Assembly: GCF_009914755.1 (NCBI RefSeq)
Contig: NC_060942.1
Length of the DNA: 64,000 nt
Strand: one strand, 5' to 3'
From: the human T2T-CHM13v2.0 reference genome, Homo sapiens
Both the position numbers and the translations under genes were made by a program. Below the pieces are notes generated by a model, which saw only the letters and a program-made list of their open reading frames with translations, was not told where the DNA came from and did no database searches. This document shows, piece by piece, positions 1 through 15,713 of the stretch; position 1 is the stretch's first letter, and every line of letters begins with the position of its first letter.

Positions 1-339
1 GGTTTCACCAAAGAGGGAGGAGGGTTATTCCAGACAGAGGCAGCAGTGTGAAGAAAGGGTGTGAGAGGGAGTTTAGGGCATCAGGACTGGTTATTCGGGT
101 GTCCATTCACCCACAGATAATGACTTAGTCCACATAGCACGATCTGAGTTGACCACTGTGGCACCTATGTGCATACAAAGCTGCCTCAGGACAGGTCTCT
201 GTCCTGCAGGAGTTTAAAGTTCAAATGGAGGGTGGAATTCATGGCGAGAGAGTTGGAAAATGAAGCTGAGAAGTTGGGCTGATTCCACCTTGTGAGATGT
301 TCTGGCGCTGGATAAAGAGCTTGAACTTTGGCCAGCAAT

Positions 340-615
340 GCCTCTGCTTACAGCGTCTAAACCACAGACCAGTCCATTGATGAAGGACATATAAGGGCGG
401 TTCCTAGTTTTTGCTTTAACAAACACTATTGCAACGAATAACTGTACATTCATGCATGCATGGGAGAGCATACCTGTAGGATCAACTCCTTAAATGGAAT
501 CACTGAATCAAAGGGTATGCATTTGTAATTTTGGTAAATATTGTCAAATTCCCTTCCTTAGAGGTCATGTCCATGATCACTCCTAGCAGCAGAATATGAG
601 ATGAGCTACCTTTCT
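340..615 (-). mobile_element. Old L1 (L1M-type) 3' fragment
   Basis: Antisense L1M-like text (ggaatcactgaatcaaagggtatgcatttgtaattttggtaaatattgtcaaatt); boundaries approximate. Confidence 0.55.
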
Positions 616-622
616 GACTCTT

Positions 623-660
623 CGCGTGCGTGCGTGCGCGTGCACACACACACACACACA
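623..660. repeat. (CGTG)n(CA)n microsatellite
   Basis: cgcgtgcgtgcgtgcgcgtgcacacacacacacacaca. Confidence 0.9.
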
Positions 661-2162
661 GTGTAACAAGGACAGTTTTTCATTCTACTTCACACCAGTT
701 GTCACCCTTCCTTGATGGGGCACAGATGGCCAAGCTTTAGCTCTCCCTAAGGTACAAAGACACAAGTTTGAGATGGATGAAGTCTTGTCCTGGACGGGTC
801 CATGAATATCCCTTATGTTCTACCTAAGTTTAGATTTCTGTCCCATGGGGACCCACAGTGAAGCACTGTGAGAAGTAGTCGGCCTCCAGGCTGTCAGATT
901 CAAAGATTGGGAGTGCCCCCATACTAAATGGAACTCTTAATTACTCAGAGAGAATGCGTCATTAATGAATGGTTTTACACTTTACCTGCCTTTTTTTTTT
1001 TTTCTCATAATTTTGGCTTGTGTCCCTTTCTGGGGAAATAATTGCTCTAAGTCTTATTTGTTCTAAAATTTTAATCTTAGAATGTATTGGTCTCTTTAAT
1101 CAGTCTACCACATAAATAATTCTTTATAAATATTTGTTATTTTTGTGAGCTAATAAAAAAACTAATGGCATATGATTATTTGGACACGTTGTAAGAACTT
1201 CAAATATAAATCTATGTTTTGCAGGCCAGCACACACTGCTAAGTGGAAGAAGAAGGCAGAAAGTTTTGATTTACAGGCACAAATCCCATGCATATGAAAT
1301 AAAAGACAACTGAAGTTTTGCTCAGCCATCTCAACCATCAGCTCCATTCATCTTCTAACTATGTGATGATATACACTAAACACAGATGGCCAATATTAAG
1401 TATGAAACTACCTGACAAAGGAAGCTGATTCTAATTCAGAACACCATAATTCTGAATGTTGAAATCCAAAAAGATAAAAATCCTTAAAATTTAATTCTGG
1501 AAAAAAAATCTTTAAAAGATTTATTTACATTTAGAAAAGGGGGTTTATTTAAGAAACATAAAAACATGACAGGATATTTCACAGCCCACTTTACACAATT
1601 AATGAGGTGACACTATACATATTTTTGCAAGCATAAACACTCAAGTGTATTAATGGCAGTTGCATGGGCATAATAGTTATAAGTAGATGAACTATATTAA
1701 AAAAGAAATAGGTCAAAAGGGAAATGTAGGCATGCATATGACTATGGTTGGAATTGTGTGTACCCAGATTTATAACTGTGGTCATCTGAAATACCATGAC
1801 AAACAACCTAAATTTTTTGACAAGATCGGTCAAAAACCTTGATGGGTTACCACAGAACATGCAGTCACCTAAAGAGCTGAAATCTTGTGAAATTTTATCT
1901 TTCACAAATGCAGATGTACAAAAAGGACATCTCTTAATTTATTGAGAAAGTTTCAGTGTTTTAAATTATGCGTAGTGCACAGTGCTTACACACAAAGTCA
2001 ACAGTGTGATAATGTGATAATTTCATGGAGTCAAATTTGTAAAAAATGCATTAAATGAATTCGAACTCTCTAAAAGCCTCTACACAACCTATACCTCCAG
2101 AGTTGGAAATGATGCAAAGATAGGATAGCGAATGGTAAAACATAATGCTGTCAATTTAAAAC

Positions 2163-2425
2163 AGCCTAGCCAACATGCTGAAACCCCAGCTCTACTAAAA
2201 AAATTACAAAATTAGTTGGGCATGGTGGCGCATGCCTGTAATCCCAGCTACTCAGGAGGCTGAGGCAGTAGAATCGTTTGAACCCAGGAGGCAGAGGTGG
2301 TGGTAAGCCAATATTGCACCATTGCACTCCAGCCTGGGCAATGAGAGTGAAACTCTATCTCAAAAACAAACAAACAAAACCAAAACTAAAAAAGAAAAAA
2401 AGAAAAAACCCAAATGGAAAAAAAA
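2163..2425 (+). mobile_element. 5'-truncated Alu inserted in the MuDR element
   Basis: End of left arm, A-rich linker, right arm and A-rich tail. Confidence 0.9.
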
Positions 2426-2445
2426 TCAATATATGAAAAAGTGTA

Positions 2446-3550
2446 TTACAGGAATAGATTATGGGTAATTTCATCAAGATAGTCCATCATAAGAGCTGGC
2501 CAATTTTCATGATCGTTAACTATATTTTGAAGTCTTGCATCATAATGAATAGATGCTTTTTTCCTTTTAGACCATGGCTCTCGTTGGAGAATATGTTCAC
2601 ATTTATTTTCTACACGATGTTGTTCTTTTTGAAATTCTCCTGTGATTTGACATACAACAACATGAACATTCCATATTAAAATTTCCCATCTTCTGTGCCA
2701 TGCCTCGATGTTGTTTTGGGTGTGTGGAAATCCATTCCTCACGCACTCATATACATACCACACATTTGGCAGAAACAATACTGGTATTTGAAGGGAACGC
2801 CATTATGTAAGTGCCTTCTTATCTTACCATGCACTTAATTATTTTTCAACCATTCATTAATTTGCTGGCTTCTCCAGGCAAATGCAGCTTTAATTCATTA
2901 AAAGTTTTTGTAATGTCATCAGCTGGAAGAAATGCCAATGCAGGCAAATGGCAAATTTTTAAACTGAAGTTTCTATTGTTGCTGTATGTCATGGCCAAGC
3001 CACTCATCTAAATTTTCTGTCAGATGCATTGGGCTGAATGAAAAAAACATCTTTATTGGTAACATCTTGAAATTCCCTTGAAATCTATTTTCTTCTGCAA
3101 AGTCCACCCGATCTGCAAATAAGCATTTGTAAGTGCTTCACTTTTCCCAGCCATTAAAACATAATTGAGTGGATAAATTTTAGAATCTTTTGCATGAATT
3201 GTATATAGATGATAAAAAAAAATCAGTGGGGACAATTTTCAAAGTGCCATCCATTAGCCAAATTGAAGCATGAGCTAGTTTTTTTCATGTTATATTTAGT
3301 GGTAAATATAAGTAGTGTATCTTCTTCATTAGTCAAATCCCCAGTCAAGAATAGTTCGCTATTTAATGTGTTTTGGAACACTGGAGGAATCTCAATGTCA
3401 CTGAGCTTGTCAAATTCTTTTTATTCTATGACAAAGGGCATTCTAGAAAGGCAAGCATGACACTTTGTGTCAAGGGGCAGAAGTTGTACATGACTCAATA
3501 ATTTGGAGGGCAGACTTCTTGTATTTTTTGCCCATGTTTTCACTTCTTCT
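2446..3550 (-). pseudogene. Decayed MULE-family DDE transposase
   Basis: Minus-strand reading across frameshifts and stops gives LAHASIWLMDGTLKIVP (first D at 3249-3251), YHLYTIHA..IYPLNYVLMAGKSEAL, VFFHSAQCI (CxFH-type motif), LPALAFLPADDI and FPHTQNNIEAWHRRW (catalytic E at 2704-2706). Confidence 0.85.
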
Positions 3551-4199
3551 GTGATCAATTTGACACCTAAAATTAAGTCCACATGTTCACCCCTTGTCAA
3601 CTTGGCACCCTAAAGCATGCGCATAGGTTGACAGGAAGAATCAAGACCAGAGATAGATGATGATTCAGGAGGGAGAAGCTATCACTGCAGGAGCACAGTT
3701 CTTGAGGAGGGGAGGGGTCCAGGCTGCAGGTGCAGTGCTGTGTTTTGGGAGGCTATTCTGGAAAGATAAAGAATGTGAATAATGTTCATGTTGAGTGATT
3801 CTAGGCATGAGAGTAAAAAGTACTTGAGGAAAGCAAAATCTATGGAACATACTCCTCTGGCAGAATTTTGGGAAACCCACACCCACACCCACACCTCCAC
3901 ACACAACCGAACACACAGCATAGAAATGCACAGTGCCTGGCACATGCCAGGTGCATAATGAATTTTTTAAATAAAAATGTGATCTTGCAAGTGGAAGTGA
4001 GCCACCTCCTAGTCAAAATATTACCAGGAAATCTGCTGTCTCAAGGCAGATGGGAATGGCTAAAGGAGGGAAGAGAGCAAAAGGAGAAGGAAAGAGGGTG
4101 TGGGGCAGGGAAAGAAAGAAGAGAGGAGGCAAGAAAAACAAAGAGGAGACCAAGGCCAGCAGTGGCAGAGAGAAGGGTGAGCGGCTGTGTCAGTGGTGG

Positions 4200-4460
4200 C
4201 CCCAGGCACCTGTGCTCTCAGCTGCTGACCCTGGGCAACTTTGTCCTTAACTAACAGCTAAGAATCTCTAGTCATGGGAAACTGCAGTAACAGCACAGGT
4301 GTGACCCAGCAGCCGCTCTGCTTGGCCTGGCTATAATTAGCATCCACTGGCAGCCTAGAAAACTACCTGCTCTTGAGGTCGGTGAGTTCAGAGCCTGTGA
4401 GTAAAAACAGGGGGGTGCAAAGAGCCGGTTAAAGCTCCAGCTGTGGTGAGTCAGTGCGAG
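4200..4460. promoter_or_regulatory. Candidate enhancer (MEF2 / E-box / AP-1 cluster)
   Basis: CTATAATTAG 4331-4340; CACCTG 4207, CAGCTG 4219 and 4438, CAGGTG 4296; TGAGTCA 4447-4453; in sequence I do not recognise as a repeat. Motif evidence only. Confidence 0.35.
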
Positions 4461-4477
4461 GTTGCTTGGCCCCAGAG

Positions 4478-4550
4478 CACAGCCCTGCAGCCTGGTCACC
4501 CTGGGCACAGCCCTGGATCCTGGTCACCCTGAACACAGCCCTGGAGCCTG
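4478..4550. repeat. 28-bp tandem repeat, ~2.6 copies
   Basis: cacagccctgcagcctggtcaccctggg / cacagccctggatcctggtcaccctgaa / cacagccctggagcctg. Confidence 0.9.
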
Positions 4551-4896
4551 CGAGGCTCATGTGAGAATGAGGGTGGCCAGAATTCCTTGACTGTCACTTA
4601 TCTGTCTGGGCAGACGTCCTTCATGGCTGGCTTTCTCTGGCTCCTGGGGCAGCTCCAGCCCGTGGGAGTTGCACTGTCTTGGCAGACAGGGAGACTGGCT
4701 TTGGCAACACACCGAGGGCATTGCTTTCCCAAGGATCTGTCTCCTTGGAGAGTCTTTCTAATGCCTTGGCGCATTTGTGTTCTCCCCTGGGTAGCCCGTC
4801 CCGGCTCAGTGCTCATTTCCCACATGGGGGCATTAAAAATAAATCTTTGCTGTGAAATAGGAAGAAAATCTTTCCCAGAGCTTCTCTTCTCTTCTT

Positions 4897-4934
4897 TGTG
4901 TGTGTGTGTATGTGTGTGTGTGTGTGTGTGTGTG
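4897..4934. repeat. (TG)n microsatellite
   Basis: Direct reading. Confidence 0.95.
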
Positions 4935-5399
4935 GAGTTTGGAGTCTGAGAGGGGAAAGGTAGAACCCACTATCTCTTCTGGCACACTCCTGGAACACTG
5001 CGCTGTAGTAGTGAATACAAAATTATCTGCCTGCTGCTACTGCTCCCTTACAGGCTCGTTATCCCCCACTATCCGGTGGCGTTGGCTTCACCGTTCCATG
5101 CTCAGGCAGCAGCACTCCCATCCTGATGGGAGGGCATCCGGGCAGAGTCCCATCCCTCCACAGTGGCCACATTTGAAGGCAGCCGCTCCTCCCTCTCCAC
5201 CTGTCTAATCCTAAGAAAGTTATTCCTTATACAGATCTTAATTTCCTTGCCACTCTGCATCTCTAATCCTGGTTTTCCTTTGGACATCCCATAGTTAGCT
5301 GACTTCCCCTCCAAATAAAAGCCCTTCCTTTATATTTGTGAGATAAATGATTATTTCCTGTTTTCCCTTTCTAGTCTGATCAGCCTCAATGATTTGACT

Positions 5400-5880
5400 G
5401 CTCATTATTTCCCCAAATATGTGTTTATTGCCAACTGAGAGGCTTCTACTGTGCTAGGTGCTGGGATGCACCTATTAATAAAATGTAGCCCTGGAAACTG
5501 GAGGCACCCACATTTTTGTTTAAAGAAACACTCATGGGAAGAATAGAAACATGCCAGATAACTAAAATACGATGTGATAAGAGGCATAACAGAGGTAAAC
5601 TTTCTATTGCCTATTGAGGATTTATCACGTCGGGGGTGGAGGAGTGTGCTGTGTGCATTATCTCACTTAGAACCTACGACAACCTTGTGATGTAGGCATC
5701 ATCATCAACTTGTAGATAAAGTCAGTTGATCTGCCCAGCTTCACAAGGCTGCCAACCCTACGTTGAAGGGCAGATTCAGGATTTCAAATCACTGAGATAA
5801 ATGTAAAGTCCCACTCTCAAGGCCACACACCAAGAGCAAGGACGTGAACTCAGACCATCTCGCTGCAGAGCCTGCCTTTT
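5400..5880 (-). mobile_element. L2 and MIR fragments
   Basis: ctactgtgctaggtgctgggatgca (L2 3' end, antisense); cattatctcacttagaacctacgacaaccttgtgatgtagg (MIR). Confidence 0.55.
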
Positions 5881-7448
5881 GGACTACCCTGCCATCTTGC
5901 TTTCCTGGAAGGCTTTGGGAGCACTATGGCACCAGGATGAAGAGTATCCTCAGCAGGGCTACTGCCGCAGACTTGTACCAAAGAGATGCGTGCAGAGACT
6001 CCCCGCGCAGGAAGCTGGATGCTAGTGCTGACCTAGCTCTGACCTTGCTGTGGTTCTTGGCACTCCCAGACAATTCAGGCAATTCAGTTTCACATTACTG
6101 ACACCTCTGCTGTTCTGAGTACATGCTTTCTTTCAAAATGCAAAAGCGAGGCCACTCCATGCACCTCTGACAATGGTCCATTCTTAGAAGAATCACCTGT
6201 CGAAGCCGTCCTGGGAGCTATTGAATTAATTTCTACCACTTGGAAGGCAGCAGTTGTCCTGGAGAGGAAGGGCACAGCTTTTCTCTATCATCTGGCAGCC
6301 TCCTCGGAGCTGTCTGGGGAGATGGGGATGTCCTGGATGCATGTGCCTGTTTTTATTTCATTGTGGATGGTGGTGTGATCAGTACTGAGTATGGCATGCA
6401 GGAATAATTACTATTATCACTACTATTTCAACATCAATTCTGCATCATCAATAGCATTGGGCATTGTCAGAGAGCAGAATTAGAATCAGGCTTTTTGCCC
6501 AATGGGATCTCAATTTAAACAGAAATTGCTCATGAACAGGAAGTTGCAATGGTGGTGCTGGGGAGTCGGGGCTAGGGGTTGGAAACAGGGAAATATAATT
6601 TGTATGTTTCTCTGTGTTTTGGAGGGGCAGATATCAACCTTTTGTTTCTCTCTCATGATTTGGATGATTTTTTTTTTAACAAAAGCCATGGCAATAATAA
6701 TGATGTTACGTAGAATTTAAACTTCCCAGGCAACATTTTTGCCATTATCAATGATCTCAAAACTCTGGAGAAACCAATATTTATTAAAATTGAATTCACA
6801 CCTGCAAGAGACTCAGGAAAATGCTGCGACGGTCTTGGGGAAGCCTGGAGTGATGGGAGTGAGTGACTTTGCTCCTCTAATGCTCCTTGTTTGCTTATTT
6901 CCTCCTGAGCAAGTATCTTGTTTCTGTGTGTCCTGATTCGTTGTCAGTAAAGACGCTTCTGTCTCACTCTCTTTCATGTCTCCTCTGTGTGAACTGCTGA
7001 CCACCACCCAGTACCAGTTCTAGAGAAATCTTCCCAAATGAGCAATTTCATTCATGCTTTCTCCTTCCTAGAATTCTTGACCACTTCCCTATTGGGCTGT
7101 CACTTCAAAGCTAAACCCTTCAGCCAGGTCTCCCAAAATTTTGGAATCTGCTTCCCTCCCATTCCTTCAGCTTACTCTTTGGTCTCAGAAACTCTACTTT
7201 CTTGTTAGCCCACAAGCTCATCTTGCAACCTTTTGCTCTGGGGCTCTGGTCATGTTTCTTCCCTTGGCTGCCATGACCACCCTTCCCTTCCATGTATGTA
7301 ACACCACCCGCTGTCCTGCATGGCCATTCTCTCCTGCTTCTGAGGCCTTTCCTGGGGGTGTCCTTCCAATGACCCTGCCTCCTGTGAACATCTCTGGTAC
7401 TGATGGTCTTATGGGTGTATATCCCCCCAAATTTGTATGTTAAAGCCC

Positions 7449-9333
<1,885 letters not shown>

Positions 9334-9509
9334 AGCCCTAATTCCCAGTACCTCAATGTGACTATGTTTGGAGACAGGGCATTTAGAGATGTGATGAAGT
9401 TAAAATGAGGCCATTAGGGTGGGCCCTAATTCAATCTGACTGGTATCGTTGTAAGACAAGGAAACTGGAACAACATAAAAAGAGACCCTAGGGGTATGTA
9501 CACACATCT

Positions 9510-9930
9510 TGCCAGCAGCAGAAGAGAATGCTTGTTTTTTCTCAGCGTTGCCACTATGAGGCTTTAACATTTTTTGTTTTGTGTTTGGAAATCTAATAAG
9601 GGAAAATCATATTTCTATGTTTTGATTTGCATTTATTCATTAATAAGGTTAAGCATTGCTTCAAAAATTTGTCCACCATTCATGTTTTTATTTTCCTGAA
9701 CTCTTCTTCATAACCTTTGTTCATTTCTATGTTGCTTAACTTTTTATTACATAAATAATATTTATAAATTAAATAACATTGTCTTTTGATCTCATATGTT
9801 GCAAATATTTTTCCAGTTTGTGATTTGTCCTCAACTTTGCTTATGACTTTTTGTTTTGTCACATTTATTAAAAAAATGTAGTCAACTTTATTGTCCTTTT
9901 CTTTTGTGGCTTCTGAGCTCATTATTTTAA
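9510..9930 (-). mobile_element. Old L1M fragment
   Basis: gttttgatttgcatttattcattaataaggttaagcatt...gttgcaaatatttttccagtttgtg. Confidence 0.6.
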
Positions 9931-9959
9931 AAATCTAAATGGGGTTTTTAGATTTGTAG

Positions 9960-11300
9960 ATTAGGGAAATGCACAAAAACATTTCGGAGGACATCATCCA
10001 CGTGTTTTGTAAAATTTTCCATGATATCCTTGAGAGTAAAATGGAGAAATGAGGGTTGGATGATGATATACATCAAAGTGTCTTTATAATTTACTCAATA
10101 ATGCAAACTATAAATGTACATGAAGAGTGCTTGTCAGCTTGGATTCCCTCGGCCTTGATGAAGATAAAAGGTATAATTCGCCTATTTTCAGATAGCAGAA
10201 AGGTCAAGGTGTGATATTTAATTCCCTGGATAACATAATCAAGATTTAAGAAGATCTTGACAGGCCAAAACACTGAGTTTAAAAATAAAACAAGTCAAAT
10301 TTAAAAGAGATAAATCAAATATTTGTATTTTTTTACAGTTCAAGTATACAAGAACAGATGGGAAGTCCTGGAATACCAGAAATTCATATAAATAACAACT
10401 TCAACAAAATTTTAGTTCATAGTGAGTTAATGGTATACTAGGAAAAGCAAGAAAGCCAGTGTGGTCTTAGGTTCTTTCTGGCTTACTCAACAATATTTAA
10501 TTTTAAAAAATTTAAATTCTGATAGACTTGCAGAGATTTGCAAAAAGGGTACAGAAATCCCCTTTCATCTAGATTTCTTCAATGGTAACATCCTCTGTAA
10601 CTACAATACAATGTTAAAATCAGAAAATCGACATTTTTACATGCTACGGATCTTATCCATGACTCAGCAGTTTTTATATTCACTTATTTGTGTATGCGTG
10701 TATAGTTCCAAGCAATTTTATCACATGTATAGACTCTTGTATTCTTAACAGTTTTTAACTGGTAAGCAAAGTAAGGAAGAACAGACTTATCTATAGAGAA
10801 AAATTCATATATGTATTTCAGGAAAATTAAGCCTGGAATTTAACCTAAGTGACATATCCCAGATACAAGTGGGGACATGGGGTGAACTTATACAAAGTCC
10901 TCCTAGTGTATCTTGGTGATGCTTTATTTGCATTATCTCATCTAGTTCCCAGGGCTATGCTTAAGCTGTAGATAGCCAAATTGTGGAACTGAAAGAAAAT
11001 GAGACTTTTAGCAATAATTTTAAAGGTATCTTAAAGGCCTGTCATGCAACAAAAGGCTATAATGTGTCATTCTAGTGGTCATTAAGAGAGATTGGAGGCA
11101 GTTACAAAGCCAACTTTAACTCAGGGAAATTTTTTCTAGCAAGGAGAGCTGTAAAACAGTGGCATTTGGCTGCCATGATAGCAACAGGCAGAAATTATTC
11201 AAGCAGAGGTAGAGTGATCACATTTCAAGAGGGGGTTACAGGGGATTCTTAAATTCATTAAAGTTTGGATTATAAGACTAAAAAATTCTAGGACTCTGTG
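9960..11300 (+). mobile_element. L3/CR1 LINE fragments (RT region and 3' end), interrupted by an L1 3' piece at ~10495-10745
   Basis: catgatatccttgagagtaaaatggagaaatgagggttggatgat; aagatttaagaagatcttgacagg; tatcttaaaggcctgtcatg; ttcaagcagaggtagagtgatca. Confidence 0.6.
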
Positions 11301-11548
11301 TGGATGAATATCATAAAGAAGCTGGGATATTCGAGGGGATGGGTTTTTCTCTGTATTCCTGATTGGGGAAAGAAGAAGAGGGGAAGGAAAGGGAGAGAGA
11401 AGAGGCTAAGGAGGAAGAAGGAGGGGATGATCCTAGTGGTACACATGCAGTAAAGAGATAACACAAATATTTTTATTTCTGGCACCTTACTCATCAACTT
11501 TATAAAGAACAAAGATTGTATTCAGTTATGGTGCCTATTAATTATTAA

Positions 11549-11924
<376 letters not shown>

Positions 11925-12289
11925 TCTCTCTTTCTCTCTAAGTTGATGATACATGTTTCACCCTAAATAAAGTACATCTTGTAGGCTGCTGATACTGTTT
12001 TGACTGATTTTTCTAATTTAGCTTGAACAGACATGGGTTATTTGCTGGTAAGTTTGCATGTGTATTTATGTGACACAGGTTGGTAGTGTTATTTGTGTGT
12101 ATGTTTATGTGACACGTGTTTGTTGATGGTCAAGATCTACGGAAACTGGGGTTATGGAGAGGGGGCTGCTGTCATGCTCTGAGGCCTGGTGTAATTAGAG
12201 CCTGTGTAAGAGTGAATGCCTCTCCAGTGGAGCTATAAAAAAGACAGCCTGCTCTAAAATCATCTTGAGGGAAAGAAAAGTTGTCAGGT

Positions 12290-12720
12290 ATATCAGTTTG
12301 CATTTTGTCCAATTGGATATAATAGAACACCCAAATATAAAGACTTAAGCAAATGGAGATTTATTTATTTTTCACATAACAAGAAGCTGAGAGGTAGCAT
12401 TTCTCAGCTTTAGTTCAGTGGCTTATTGATGTTAAGGCTCATATCTCTTTAATTTTCCTGGTTCTTTTCTCATGGTTGCAAGATAGCTGCGACAGCTCCA
12501 GTAGCCATGTAACCATTCCAGGAAGGGACAAGAGAGAGGAAAGAAGGGCAAAAGAGGAAGGATAAAGAGGAAGGGTTGACATAAACTTTTACTGGGAAAT
12601 GCAAATGCCTTCCTAGATCCTTCTCTTGCAGACTTCCACTCTCGCTTCATTGGCCAGAATTTTCTATCCACAATTAATGGGATACAAAATTTGACTGAGA
12701 CATTTGTACAATGCTTTAAT
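12290..12720 (-). mobile_element. Old MaLR LTR (MLT1J/K-like)
   Basis: gacttaagcaaatggagatttatttatttttcacataacaagaag...ggttgcaagatagctgc...cattggccagaat. Confidence 0.55.
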
Positions 12721-14637
12721 AATATGATAGGAACCAAGACGGGAACAGAGAGATTTCTGTAGCTTTCAGATGGTTTAAGGACATTGATCTGTAAGGATGG
12801 ACTATGGAACTCAGAGATTAGCTCGACCTTTATTTATATCGTCTGCCTTTTATATGCACATGTCTGGGATAAAAGAAGGAAGGTAGGGGGATAAGGATTT
12901 TGATAACTCCACCGAATTGAAAGCCGTACAGGATATGAACTAGGTCATGAAAACTCTCCTTGTGGTATTGCTGCAGCCATTCTCTGGAAAAAAATCAATT
13001 TATATGAACAATTTCTTCATAGTCTCTCTGATTTTTATTGTAAACATGGTGAGATGATGTTCTGGGCTGTTGCATTTTGGAATCAAAGTAGCTTTCAGAA
13101 GATCCTCTCTGTACATTTGAGAGTTGCATTTTAGTAATTGAGACCAGAGCTTGACTCCTTGTGTCCACGATGCCACTAAATTAAATTAAGTATTTCGTGG
13201 AAAGAACAATGAAAGCCCAAATTCTGTTATTATGCTGTTTACTTAATATGTATGAGCCTGCAGATCTTTTAAGTGTTAATGTAAAACAGACATTGCATTT
13301 GTAGGCTTCAATTGCTGGTTTTAGAAAATGTGTTTAGTAATGTAACTTTGATTGTTTAAGGGGACGGGTGAGGGAGGTTTGAATTAGCTCATTTTAAAAT
13401 ATCGGGAACCTAAGGGACAGGAGAATTAAGGAACTTGTCCCAGGTTTCCCAAGTGAAGCTGAGATTCAAAGTGCATCTTGTCTGCTCTGGCATCCATGGG
13501 ACTTCCTCTTCATTAGGAGGAGGCCGTGAACTACTGCCAAACTCCATGAAGTAAGGAGAATTAGGTGTTGCTAGGTACATGAATGAGGCTCAGATTGAAA
13601 AGACTGTTCTCTAGGCCAGAGGTCACAGTGGTTTGGTGTTGGTTCTCTGTCCCTCTGATTTAGTATATATGTATGATAAAGTGATTTAGATGAGAGTTCA
13701 TGAGATCGGTTTTGATGGCAACTGATGACCTTTGCTGTGGGTCTGGGTGCTCTCTGCCTGTTACTGCTTCCCAACACAAAGGGGACACCAGCCTCAGATA
13801 TCTGTCCTTCTAGATGGGCTAGTACCCCATAGACTCTTGGCTTGCCAAGAGCCCTTATACAGCAGCTGCCACTGCATATCCAGCCACTTGGCATGCACCA
13901 GCCTGTCAGCCCAGTATCATCCGGGGAGGACACAGCCCCATTACCCCTCAGCTCTCCCCACCCACCCCAGAGAGGAGACTGAACATTTTCAAAGGAGCTT
14001 TTATTAAGGGGTGATTAAAAAAAGGAGAAAGGGTATAAAAAGTGAGGTGCATTGAGCTGAATGGAGTATTTCTGGCCACAGATGAGCTGAGCCAGTACAT
14101 CTCATTTTTCTTCATTTTCATCCTGTCTAAGGGACCATGTTCTGAAGCCTGTCCTTGGAAGTTTCCCATTTTCTTCTCCCTTGTGGTGCCCATCCCCTCC
14201 AGCACAGAGGAGCAGCAGATGTGGTGGACAAGCATGTGCCAGGGCAAGGTTTGAGCATCCACTTGCATTCAAAGGCTTTTCTTTTTGAATGGCAAAGGCT
14301 GGTTTTCCCGTGCTTTTTTTTTTTTTTTAAACCATGACTTGCGGATGGATATTAATAGTACTAGTAAAAATAAAAATAAAATAAACAGAAAGGTTTTACT
14401 TGCATTCCTGTTTTCATGTCCAACTCTCTAGTGTCAGGTTTGACACTCTTCAAAACAAACCATTATATATTCTATATACACATACACACACATATCATTT
14501 TCACATCCATGTGTGTATGCATCTGATACATATACACACACATAGCTCTGTGTTTGTGCCATGGTTCTTGAGAGTGCTGGAGTAATGGATTGAGCTTATC
14601 TTTATCCATTTGTTTTCAAGCTCCCCTTCCTGCTTTA

Positions 14638-15031
<394 letters not shown>

Positions 15032-15713
15032 TTATATCAAGGAAATCACTTAAAAGAAAGAGAAAGTTATAAAATACATTGATGTATTTTTTTAAACATA
15101 TGTGGTGTAGTAATTTATAGTTTACAAGGACTTTTCACACATATTATTTCATTTCATCTCAAAAACAATCCTCCAAGGTAGCTGGCTTTATTGTTTTTCT
15201 CTCATAGTTTATAAATAAGGAAATGGGCTTAGAAAGATAGTGTGATTTCTTTAAGGTTTCAGACCTAAGTGAGTGGTAGAGTTTGGAAAGTTTTGTTTAT
15301 TTTGGAAGCAGAGAAATTCAACCAGGAGATAGGGCACTACTCAAAAAGATCCACAGCAAAGCACATGTGCTTTGAAAGAGAAAATGAGAAATCCAGGTCT
15401 TGAGGCTCCAAGTTTAGTGTCTCTCTACTACTCAATCACCATTCCCAGTGGAGGAACTTGTTATTAACGTATGTTGTGCCAACCTGATGAACATCATAGA
15501 ATCTCTACGTACTGTAATAACAGAGACTATGAAACAGAATGAAAAAGTGTTTATAGTATAATTTAAGTTATAACATAATATAAAAAGGTTGCATTTATAT
15601 ATAAATGTATAATGTATGTATATTTAAAGATAAAAATTAGAAGACAACATGGAAAAATAAGAAACAGTTGTGTTAACGGGATTGGAACTACATTTTCATA
15701 TTTTTTCCGTAAA

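Larger units (their letters stand above)
1432..3555 (-). mobile_element. MULE/MuDR DNA transposon fossil (Ricksha-like), interrupted by an Alu
   Basis: Terminal region with short repeated motifs (ccataattctgaatgttgaaatccaaaaagataaaaatcct) resembling the recalled Ricksha end, plus a decayed MULE transposase on the minus strand. Confidence 0.8.

Noticed and set aside
2446-2778. Domesticated, functional MULE-derived gene
   Set aside because: Only the C-terminal 110 codons are open; upstream sequence has stops, frameshifts and an apparent loss of a catalytic segment
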